A DNA stretch of 32,924 nt from an archaeon (GTDB lineage Archaea > Asgardarchaeota > Hermodarchaeia > Hermodarchaeales > Hermodarchaeaceae). Below, one piece after another: positions 24,413-32,117 of this stretch. The stretch lies in contig JABXGY010000180.1 in NCBI GenBank assembly GCA_016550395.1, forward strand, positions 1 through 32,924, written 5' to 3'. Each line of letters begins with the position of its first letter. The first letter of the stretch is position 1. Below the pieces are notes generated by a model that made no database searches, was not told the DNA's origin, and saw nothing but the letters and a program-made list of their open reading frames with translations. Both the position numbers and the translations under genes were made by a program.

Positions 24413-26167
24413 TTACCTTTGGTCTTTTCGTTCGTGAATATCCATCAGCTGTTTAATTGTCTCAAGAGCATTAACCTCTGAGACTTCATTGACCGAGAGT
24501 TCTAACTCGTTTGAGAAGTTATTTAGACTAATTCGACCAGATAAATTAACTTCTTTCCCAAGCAGACTATCTTCCACTTGTCGAACTGGTTCATCTTCGT
24601 TACCAGATTTTTCTATAAGGCTTTTAGCTTCTTTTCCCCTAATACCAAATAGTTTCTCTGCTGATGTTCCAATGAGACTTGCACGAATATTTTCTGTTCC
24701 GTCATCGATGACAATTTTTGCGATTAACCGTGGTTCTGATTGAGAGATATCACCACACTTGGGACAGGATATGGTTGAATTACTGATTGAGACCTTTTTG
24801 AAGCAAGTGGGACAAGAATCATAAACTGATTTCTGGTGGATTACCTGCACAATAGTTCCTTTTACTGTAACATAATTCCCTTCAGTAACATTCGCAATAA
24901 TTTGATGAGCTGCATCGGATTTACTAGTTATAAGGAGAGTATCCGAAGGACTTGAAATCTTTAGGTTTGGTGGATTTCGAATTACTTGTGTTGATTCATT
25001 AATGTGAATTTCTAATTCTTGCCGAAGCCCAGAACGGCAACTAGCACCTTCTAATAGAAGTGTTGTTCCTGCCTCCACATCAGTAAGGTTTTCAGCAGCT
25101 TGCCCCCATGCAACAGCCCGTACTTTTCCTGTTTTATCAGCGAATGTGAAAACAAGCCGTTTTCCTTCTCTGCCATCACGCCGGGTGAATGTGCTTAAAC
25201 CTTGGTTCTCTAAGACCGTTACACCAATAGCACCCGTGAAATCACCAGGATTAAGATCCTTAAGGTTTTGTAACTGCGATGGTTTAACAGAGGAAGCTTG
25301 ATCAGGAGCGGTACTAATTATCTGAATTCGACCACGACGTCCTAAATGTAGTTCGGGTTCATTGTTTCGGTCCAATCGGACATAGCCACTTTCTATTCGA
25401 ATGCTATCGTTTAATGAGAGTTTGTTAAACCATTCACTTTGTTCATCCCATAATACTAATCTAGTTTGACCAGTGTCATCGTGGATAGCTAAACTTGCTA
25501 CTGTTCCTTCTGAATCACCACGGCTGAAAGTGGTAACACGATATTTGGCAACCACTTTTACTTCAGTGTGAACATCATTCATTCCCTCAGCAAGTGTGTT
25601 TATTTTAGAAAAGGTGACGACTGCATCAGGAAAATCCTTGGAATCAACATCAGGAGGATTAATCATTATTCGACTTCCTCCTCCCAAGTGAATTTCTAAT
25701 TGATTACGCAGCCCGGTTCTCACTCTACCATTGATAACTCGAAGAATGTCCCCTTCATCAAATTCTTGATCCTCAATAGGTTGTGTGTGTTTATTCCAGA
25801 AAGTCACCCTAATGGTTCCTGTTGAGTCATTGCCTAGTATGCTGGCAACTTTGCCTTCGCCTCCTTGTTTCCGTTGAAACGTTCGAACCGGATAAATGCG
25901 AAGCACTTTCAGATTTAATGAAACGCCCGTCATTCCCGCAACAAGGTCACGGATAGTTAATTTGAGCTCTGGTGTTAGTTGTCTTTCAAAGAGATCGAGG
26001 TCTAACTCACGAGCTACAAGCGATGCAGCGCCCTCATCAGTGACGTAACCGTTCAATTCTTTCTTTTTAGCCTCAATGAGCTTAAGGACCTCATCTTTGG
26101 ATTTTCCAGATTTGGTCACAATTAAATCCACAATTTCGGCAAGCTTAAGTGACACGCGGAAAAACAA
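24413..26167 (-). CDS. rpa: Replication protein A (RPA70-like), four OB folds, last one with Zn ribbon
   Basis: 584 aa. N-terminal helical module, then three similar OB repeats (...G.V.S....D.TG.IR...W...), each ending in ELEIH/ELHLG. The fourth OB carries CPTC...CPKCG. The listed TTG start overlaps a GGAGGT, so the GTG at 26155 (giving MSLKLAEIV...) is the more likely start. Confidence 0.85.
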   Translation of the reverse strand: MFFRVSLKLAEIVDLIVTKSGKSKDEVLKLIEAKKKELNGYVTDEGAASLVARELDLDLFERQLTPELKLTIRDLVAGMTGVSLNLKVLRIYPVRTFQRKQGGEGKVASILGNDSTGTIRVTFWNKHTQPIEDQEFDEGDILRVINGRVRTGLRNQLEIHLGGGSRIMINPPDVDSKDFPDAVVTFSKINTLAEGMNDVHTEVKVVAKYRVTTFSRGDSEGTVASLAIHDDTGQTRLVLWDEQSEWFNKLSLNDSIRIESGYVRLDRNNEPELHLGRRGRIQIISTAPDQASSVKPSQLQNLKDLNPGDFTGAIGVTVLENQGLSTFTRRDGREGKRLVFTFADKTGKVRAVAWGQAAENLTDVEAGTTLLLEGASCRSGLRQELEIHINESTQVIRNPPNLKISSPSDTLLITSKSDAAHQIIANVTEGNYVTVKGTIVQVIHQKSVYDSCPTCFKKVSISNSTISCPKCGDISQSEPRLIAKIVIDDGTENIRASLIGTSAEKLFGIRGKEAKSLIEKSGNEDEPVRQVEDSLLGKEVNLSGRISLNNFSNELELSVNEVSEVNALETIKQLMDIHERKDQR

Positions 26168-26257
26168 CCTCCGATAATAGATTGTTCAATACCACTGGTT
26201 TTTACTACCAATGTTTAAAAACCTCTCTTTGAACTTGCTATCTCAGAGGCGCGAAAT

Positions 26258-29074
26258 GTGGTAGAGGACGTATTCCGACAGTTGAATCCTCAACTTTACA
26301 AGGAAATCATAAGACTGGGATTTCAAGCCCCTACACCTATACAGGTACGCAGTATTCCCCGCATACTTCGTGGTGAATCCGTTCTACTCATTGCTCCGAC
26401 TGGTCATGGAAAAACTGAATCGGCGTTTCTTCCTCTAATCCACCGCCTTCTCACAAAGCCCGACAATAAGAAAGGTGTACAGATTCTATGGATTACACCA
26501 TTACGTGCTTTAAATCGGGACATCTTAAGAAGATTGGTTCTGATTGCTAAGCACCTGAAGATTAGTGTCGAAGTTCGTCACGGTGATACTTCACCTTCAG
26601 TACGGCGACGCCAAACACTTAAACCTCCTCAACTATTCATCACGACTCCTGAGACAATTCAAGCCCTCTTAGCAGGAAAGCGTATTCGGGAGCACTTGAA
26701 ACATGTTCAGTGTGTTATCATAGACGAAATCCACGAACTAGCCGCCAGCAAACGCGGAGTTCAGCTAATGGTAGCATTAGAAAGGCTCCGAGCATTAACA
26801 GGTAAGACGTTTCAACGAATTGGACTATCTGCAACTATTGGAAACCCCGACGAAATTAGAAATTTTATGAGTGGAGGAGAACAGATCGGAGTTATTGAAT
26901 CTCCAGCAACCAAAGATTTTCGTTTTCACATTGAATATGTTCCCTTTTCATATGAAGATGCTGATGAATCCCCACTCGATGGTCCTGCAAAACGGATATG
27001 GGAGCTTGTTACTGAACACAAGTCCACGCTGATATTTTGTAATGAAAGACAAACAGCTGAAGCATTAGCTCTTAGATTAGCAAAACTCCATGAGAATGAA
27101 TTTGGAGTTCACCACGGTTCACTTTCTCGCGAAGCCCGGATTGAAGCTGAAACCCAGTTTAAAGAGGGCATTATTCCCTACTTAGTCTGTACTTCATCAT
27201 TGGAATTAGGTCTCGATATTGGCACTGTTGATTTGGTAATTCAATTTGGCTCACCCCGTCAGGTTATTCGGTTACTTCAACGAGTTGGAAGATCTGGCCA
27301 TCAGTTAGATCGAGAGTCGAAGGGGATTATGTTGACTACTCGGTTTGATGATATTTGTGAAAGTCTAGTGGTTGCACAACAAGCCCTTAAAGGTCGGCTT
27401 GAAACGCCTCCTATCCATTATCTTGCCCTTGATATTCTTGCCCATCAGCTAGTTGGTTTGGCTATTGAATACAAGACCCTTCCTTATCAACGTGCAATTG
27501 AGATTATAAAACAAGCAACACCCTATAACGAACTTGAAAAAGACACAATAACGGAAGTCATATACTTCCTTCAAAAAGAGGGGTTGTTAGCAAGAGATGA
27601 TTTCATACTCAGACCAAGACGTAAGTCTTATGCATATTATTTCGAAAATCTCTCGGTCATTCCAGACATTCCATATCATAGAGTTATGAACATGGCTACT
27701 AGCCGACCGATCGGTCGGCTTGATTCAGGGTTTGCCGAAGAATATGGACACACAGGGAATATTCTGGTTCTACGCGGACGTCCATGGGAGGTTGTCAAAC
27801 AAGACGATGAACAGGTCTATGTTACGGCTATCAATCATACAAAAGGAAGAATCCCGCGATGGAGCGGAGAACTAATTCCAGTATCGAAAAACGTAGCTAA
27901 AGGAGTTGCAGATGTCTGGAAAACCATCGCTGACAATCTAGATCATCCGAATTCTATCGATTTCAAAGTTGATTATGATGCCCAAGCACGAGATATTTTA
28001 TTAAAAACTATCACAAAACAACTTGAACAGGAATTTATTCCAGATAAACAAAGAATTTACATTGAGGTAGGGCATGAACTTGTAGTAATTCATTCTTGCT
28101 ACGGTACTCGTATTAATCAAACTCTTGGGCGAGTCCTTGCGGGTCTTCTAACTTCACAATTAGGCGTTGAAGTCGCTTTTCATGCTGACCAGTACCGTAT
28201 TCTTTTCCGCTTTGAACGGGGAGGAGGTTATAAAGTTGGTGAAGCCATTTACGAGGGGCTCCAATCGCTTGATGCTACCCATATGAGTGATTTATTGGAT
28301 CTTATTTTATTACGATCTCCATACTTTGCTAGACGGTTTGTACACATCGCAGTAAGATTTGGAGTCATTTCCCGAGAGGCTAATCTTCGAAGTACTCAAC
28401 TACTGAGGATGATGCAATATTTCACTGGAACCCCGATCATTGAAGAGGCACTTAGGGAATTTTACGTTGATAAGCTGTCTCTGGAAGAAACTCAGGATCT
28501 CTTGAAGGCAATCCAGAATGGTGAAATTATTTTACAACGATTATTCCGGAAACGACCATCTCCCTTTGCCCGTCAAATTCTTGCACGTTTTGGAGAGTTT
28601 CTTGAGCCTGAAGTCCCTGAGGCCTATATCCTTGAGCAAACGAAAAAACGTTTGATTAATCGAAAAGTCAAACTAGTCTGTTTACATTGTGGTCAATGGA
28701 CAAGTGTACGTACTATAAAGCACCTGGGAGAACATCCCCGTTGCAAGAAATGTGAGTCAAGGTTAGTTGCGGGGGTGTTTCCAACTGATGATCTTTTAGA
28801 ACGTGCAATCCGTCGTCACAGGGCAGGTGAAAAATTATCACCAGAAGAACAAAAAACACTCCGGAAAGGGCGCGAGAATGCTAATGTAGTATTGGCGTAT
28901 GGGAAACCTGCGTTAATCGCGATGGCAGGGCGAGGAATTGGACCGACGGTCGTTAAGAGAATTTTAGCGGGAAGTCATGATCGTTCAGAGAGTGAGTTTT
29001 TCCGTCTCATCTTAGAAAATGAAAAGCAGTTTATCCGAACACGCGAATGGTGGACCGAACCAAAATCCCAATAG
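26258..29074 (+). CDS. lhr: Lhr-family (large helicase-related) DEAD/DEAH SF2 helicase with C-terminal Zn ribbon
   Basis: 938 aa with a GTG start. PTPIQVRSIP, APTGHGKTESAFLP, WITPLRALNRD, IIDEIHE, LSATIGN, HHGSLSRE, TSSLELGLDIG and QRVGRSGH match the Lhr-core signature. CLHCG...CKKCE lies near the C-terminus. Confidence 0.85.
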   Translation: MVEDVFRQLNPQLYKEIIRLGFQAPTPIQVRSIPRILRGESVLLIAPTGHGKTESAFLPLIHRLLTKPDNKKGVQILWITPLRALNRDILRRLVLIAKHLKISVEVRHGDTSPSVRRRQTLKPPQLFITTPETIQALLAGKRIREHLKHVQCVIIDEIHELAASKRGVQLMVALERLRALTGKTFQRIGLSATIGNPDEIRNFMSGGEQIGVIESPATKDFRFHIEYVPFSYEDADESPLDGPAKRIWELVTEHKSTLIFCNERQTAEALALRLAKLHENEFGVHHGSLSREARIEAETQFKEGIIPYLVCTSSLELGLDIGTVDLVIQFGSPRQVIRLLQRVGRSGHQLDRESKGIMLTTRFDDICESLVVAQQALKGRLETPPIHYLALDILAHQLVGLAIEYKTLPYQRAIEIIKQATPYNELEKDTITEVIYFLQKEGLLARDDFILRPRRKSYAYYFENLSVIPDIPYHRVMNMATSRPIGRLDSGFAEEYGHTGNILVLRGRPWEVVKQDDEQVYVTAINHTKGRIPRWSGELIPVSKNVAKGVADVWKTIADNLDHPNSIDFKVDYDAQARDILLKTITKQLEQEFIPDKQRIYIEVGHELVVIHSCYGTRINQTLGRVLAGLLTSQLGVEVAFHADQYRILFRFERGGGYKVGEAIYEGLQSLDATHMSDLLDLILLRSPYFARRFVHIAVRFGVISREANLRSTQLLRMMQYFTGTPIIEEALREFYVDKLSLEETQDLLKAIQNGEIILQRLFRKRPSPFARQILARFGEFLEPEVPEAYILEQTKKRLINRKVKLVCLHCGQWTSVRTIKHLGEHPRCKKCESRLVAGVFPTDDLLERAIRRHRAGEKLSPEEQKTLRKGRENANVVLAYGKPALIAMAGRGIGPTVVKRILAGSHDRSESEFFRLILENEKQFIRTREWWTEPKSQ

Positions 29075-29243
29075 AAGAAGGATATCACTGAATTATTGTT
29101 CCTCGCGACCACTAAGAAGATGATACGCTAAGATAAGAAACCCACTAATAATTGCTAATCCGAGGGCCACAAGATAGTAAATCTGGTATATTAGACTCAT
29201 GGGGAGAACCGTTCTGCCAAATCCCTTAGCAAGTTTAAAACTT

Positions 29244-29684
29244 TTACTCAATACTCCGCTTCTTGTCTTTTCGAGTTGGTTGAGGTTCAGGAATTGCTTC
29301 CCATTCATTACGGAGTGTATCATACATCATGTCATCCACGCGAATTTCAGAAAACACCCCAAGAACCTCGGCGAGAATTTTTGCAAGGATATGATAACAA
29401 AGATCAGCGCTGCGTTTCACAATTACATTGATATAAAAATCGTCACAATCACAATAAACATCAGATAAAACGCGGTAGTCCCTTGCCTTACCAACAACAA
29501 TCCAGGCTTCTCTTCCACTCGGTTCAAAAATGTATTTTTTCACTAAGTCATTAGCTACTGCTTGAAGAGCTTTCCAAAATCGATCTCCGAAAAATTGAGA
29601 AAGCACAACAAGTTCTGAACCCGCAATACCTTGCTTTTTTCGAATGACTTGAATTACACTACTAATTTCGTCTTTCATTGTCAC
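29244..29684 (-). CDS. SWIM-type zinc-finger protein
   Basis: 146 aa. VYCDCDDFYINVIVKRSADLCYHILA is the canonical SWIM CxCx(n)CxH signature. Divergent from the metallophosphoesterase gene across a 57-bp spacer. Confidence 0.7.
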   Translation of the reverse strand: MTMKDEISSVIQVIRKKQGIAGSELVVLSQFFGDRFWKALQAVANDLVKKYIFEPSGREAWIVVGKARDYRVLSDVYCDCDDFYINVIVKRSADLCYHILAKILAEVLGVFSEIRVDDMMYDTLRNEWEAIPEPQPTRKDKKRSIE

Positions 29685-29741
29685 ACCCTTCTCTTATCAT
29701 AAAGAAAAAAATACCTATCAAGTAAATACTCAGGGGATATT

Positions 29742-30581
29742 ATGCATTTGGAACTGATAAAGAACGAACCTGCCTTATTACTTCAGGAAAAATCACGCCG
29801 TATCCTTGTCGTCGCAGATTTGCATATCGGATACGAGCGCACGCTCTTTAAACGGGATCAATATTCAGCAAACCTTGCAGAACGGATTATTCAACGTTTT
29901 GAACAATTGGTTGCCAACGTCAAACCAAGTGAAGTGATTATTTTAGGTGACTTAAAACACTCAATTCGTGATTTTTCTCTACAAGAATTTCACAAGGTTG
30001 CCGTACTATTAAATCGAATTCAAAAAAAGGCAACATTAACCATAGTACGGGGGAACCATGATGCTGATATAGAATTAGTTGTCCCCGATGATACCCAGAT
30101 TATCCCCGCCTCCGGTTTCAAACTTACCTTTGATTCCCAGAAAGTATATCTTATTCATGGTCATGCTCAACCCACACAAGAAATTCTCGATTGTAGTAGT
30201 CTGCTAATGGCTCACATTCATCCAGTTATTGCTATTTCATCTCTAAAAAACCGGGTCACTACTCATCGGGTTTGGGTAAAAACAAAATGGAAACTAACCA
30301 TAGTTGATGCAATGAAGCAATGGTTGGGTAAAGCAACTGTTAACTCAAGTGGGGCAGATGTTGAACAGTTGCTTAATATGAGAGTGCTAATATTGCCAGC
30401 TTTTCTTGATTTACTTAGAGGGCACATCCTCAATAGTGTGGTTGTAGAAAATCATCTGGGAACCCCCCTGTTTCGACACCTTTCAATGAATAATGCGGAA
30501 ATCGTTCTGCTTGATCATACGCCATTAGGAAGACTCGAAGATCTTCAACAGAGAGGAGAAACCAGGGAAGAAAAATTTTAA
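29742..30581 (+). CDS. Binuclear metallophosphoesterase, COG1407 / MPE-like
   Basis: 279 aa. Ordered motifs VVADLHIGYE (DxH), ILGDLKH (GD), VRGNHD (GNHD), LIHGH and MAHIHP (GHxH-type) match the calcineurin-like phosphoesterases found next to Lhr helicases. Confidence 0.8.
   Translation: MHLELIKNEPALLLQEKSRRILVVADLHIGYERTLFKRDQYSANLAERIIQRFEQLVANVKPSEVIILGDLKHSIRDFSLQEFHKVAVLLNRIQKKATLTIVRGNHDADIELVVPDDTQIIPASGFKLTFDSQKVYLIHGHAQPTQEILDCSSLLMAHIHPVIAISSLKNRVTTHRVWVKTKWKLTIVDAMKQWLGKATVNSSGADVEQLLNMRVLILPAFLDLLRGHILNSVVVENHLGTPLFRHLSMNNAEIVLLDHTPLGRLEDLQQRGETREEKF
30571..30580 (+). promoter_or_regulatory. Candidate TATA box for the tRNA gene
   Basis: The A/T block AAAAATTTTA is centred about 33 nt upstream of tRNA nucleotide +1 (30610). 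It overlaps the stop codon of the upstream gene. Confidence 0.35.
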
Positions 30582-30609
30582 TCAGTATTTGACGGTAGAC
30601 TGCAATACT

Positions 30610-30810
30610 GGGTCGATGGTCTAGATAACCGAAAAATTCACTTTTTCGGGCTAGCATGGTATAAGTGAATGGACTAGTTCCTTCTAACTGCCAAAGATTC
30701 GCGGTTCGGGACTGTTCGGTTAGTTTATACCAATAGCGACAATCCGTGAGATCCGGGGTTCAAAGCTAGATGGAAATTGCCATCTTGGGAAAATCCCCGT
30801 CGGCCCACCA
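30610..30810 (+). tRNA. tRNA-Pro (anticodon CGG) with multiple introns (anticodon-loop, T-loop and one or two in the D-loop); CCA encoded
   Basis: Acceptor GGGTCGA (30610-16) pairs 7/7 (one G-U) with TCGGCCC (30800-06), followed by A73 and CCA. T8. D stem GTCT (30619-22) / AGAT (30695-98). Anticodon stem CGCGG (30700-04) / CCGTG (30744-48) with loop TT-CGG-G37. Variable loop AGATC. T stem CGGGG (30754-58) / CCCCG (30795-99); its TTCAAAT loop is restored only after removing ~29 nt. T5 follows immediately. Confidence 0.75.
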
Positions 30811-30815
30811 TTTTT
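30811..30815 (+). terminator. Oligo-T archaeal terminator after the tRNA
   Basis: TTTTT lies directly 3' of the encoded CCA. Confidence 0.5.
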
Positions 30816-30849
30816 CCTCTACTGGAAAGCATTGTTTTTATCATAAAAA

Positions 30850-30890
30850 TTCGTCAAATTCATTAAAAATATAGTATATTTCGTTAAATT
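30850..30890. repeat. Direct repeat TTCGTYAAATT x2, spaced exactly 30 bp, upstream of the HTH regulator gene
   Basis: TTCGTCAAATT at 30850-30860 and TTCGTTAAATT at 30880-30890, flanking an A/T-rich TATA-like block (AAAAATATAG). They lie 27-67 nt upstream of the GTG at 30917. Confidence 0.5.
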
Positions 30891-30916
30891 GCGTAAAGCA
30901 CTTAAAGTATGATTGA

Positions 30917-31714
30917 GTGCGTGTAGCCATGCCTGTGGCGGTACAAACCAGACAGCGTCTTGCTCGACGTATCGCAGGTGAGATTTCATTATCCGAAAAC
31001 CCAGGTCGTGTTATGCGTAAATGGCGCGAAATGTTTCACATTCCACAAATTCAATTGGCTGAATCATTAATTTATACAGATTCAGAGGGGCGAGAACGAA
31101 GTGTGTCTCCATCGGTTATCAGTGATTATGAAAGTGGACGTCGCCAGTCACCGGGTACTAGGACCATTAAACGCTTTGTAGAAGCCATCATTATGTTAGA
31201 TGAACAAAATGGAGGGCAAATAGTGAATGCCTTTCAACGTTTAATGGGAGTTGAGATACCAACGAATATTATTATTGATATTAGAGAATTTAATCAAAGC
31301 GTGAAAGCACAAGATTTCATTGAAAGCATCCGGGGTCAGGTTGTAGCAGGTGAAGACCTTATCGACCGGGAAATACTCGGATACTTGGCGGTAAACACTA
31401 CAGAAGCACTTGATGTGTTATCTAGCGTTGGATTTCTCAAACTATTTGAAGCAACGGCTGACCGAGCTCTTATTCTTGTCCATGTGTCGACAGGCCGATC
31501 GCCGCTCGTTGCTGTGAAAGGGGAGATAAAACCAAGTCTTTTTGTATTACATGGTGTAGAACAAATCGATTATCTTGCAATTGAGCTTGCAAACAGAGAA
31601 CGGGTTCCCTTAGCGATATCTCGAATGGAATCGATTGAAGCGATGTTACGTAGATTGCACACTCTGCAAAAATCTCCTCTCAACGAAAAAAAAGAGACGA
31701 AACAAAATGACTGA
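30917..31714 (+). CDS. XRE-type helix-turn-helix transcriptional regulator with uncharacterised C-terminal domain
   Basis: 265 aa. RKWREMFHIPQIQLAESL...SPSVISDYESGRRQSPGTRTIKRFVEAI is the archaeal HTH_3/XRE pattern. The start could be the GTG at 30917 or the ATG at 30929. The 3' end overlaps atpF by 8 nt. Confidence 0.7.
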   Translation: MRVAMPVAVQTRQRLARRIAGEISLSENPGRVMRKWREMFHIPQIQLAESLIYTDSEGRERSVSPSVISDYESGRRQSPGTRTIKRFVEAIIMLDEQNGGQIVNAFQRLMGVEIPTNIIIDIREFNQSVKAQDFIESIRGQVVAGEDLIDREILGYLAVNTTEALDVLSSVGFLKLFEATADRALILVHVSTGRSPLVAVKGEIKPSLFVLHGVEQIDYLAIELANRERVPLAISRMESIEAMLRRLHTLQKSPLNEKKETKQND

Positions 31715-32030
31715 TAAAATTGCCATAATTGGTGACATCGATACTGTTGTTGGATTTAGGTTAGCAGGTATTCTCAAATCAAATATTCCAACTGATGCTG
31801 CATCAACTCGTAGAGCTTTACTCGATTTTTCGCATGATTCTGATGTTTCGATAATAATCATCACTGAACCGTTAGCTGAAGATATCCGAGAGAATATTGA
31901 GGAACTTTCTCAGCGTCCATATCCAGTAATTGTGGAAATTCCTGGAAAAAGTGGTCGCCTTGCAGAGAAAGAAAGCCCACTTCGACGCCTAGTCAAACGT
32001 GCAATTGGAGTAGAACTAGAAGGATTTTGA
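31707..32030 (+). CDS. atpF: A/V-type ATP synthase subunit F
   Basis: 107 aa from the ATG at 31707. MTDKIAIIGDIDTVVGFRLAGI...IIIITEPLAEDIRE...PVIVEIPGKSG...LVKRAIGVEL is a typical subunit F. The listed ORF start at 31635 adds 24 non-homologous residues inside the upstream gene. Confidence 0.85.
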   Translation: MTDKIAIIGDIDTVVGFRLAGILKSNIPTDAASTRRALLDFSHDSDVSIIIITEPLAEDIRENIEELSQRPYPVIVEIPGKSGRLAEKESPLRRLVKRAIGVELEGF

Positions 32031-32117
32031 AACTGGATAATTACCATAAACTTTTTGTCAATTGAGTATAGCTGATAGTGACACTTGTTAGCAGAGTTTC
32101 AAAAAAGGCGGTTGATT

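Noticed and set aside
29093-29323. 76-aa minus-strand ORF between lhr and the SWIM gene; its last 35 aa (from the ATG at 29200) form one strong TM helix (MSLIYQIYYLVALGLAIISGFLILAYHLL)
   Set aside because: The full ORF overlaps the SWIM gene 3' end by 80 nt. The short version has no visible Shine-Dalgarno and no recognisable family. It might be a real micro-membrane protein co-transcribed with the SWIM gene, but the sequence alone does not support calling it.
30430-30657. 75-aa minus-strand ORF
   Set aside because: It overlaps the 3' end of the metallophosphoesterase gene and the 5' third of the tRNA gene. The tRNA structure explains this DNA better.
30582-30916. Possibility that the structured non-coding stretch is SRP RNA, RNase P RNA or a CRISPR leader/array
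   Set aside because: I found no GGAA/AGCA helix-8 SRP motif, no GAGGAAAGUCC RNase P CR-I motif, and no regularly spaced repeats. The acceptor, anticodon and T-arm pairings fit a tRNA.
31635-31706. Upstream ATG (31635) as the start of atpF
   Set aside because: The 24 extra residues (MKRCYVDCTLCKNLL...) lie inside the regulator gene in another frame and have no counterpart in subunit F proteins, which begin at the M-x-x-K-I-A-V/I-I-G-D block.
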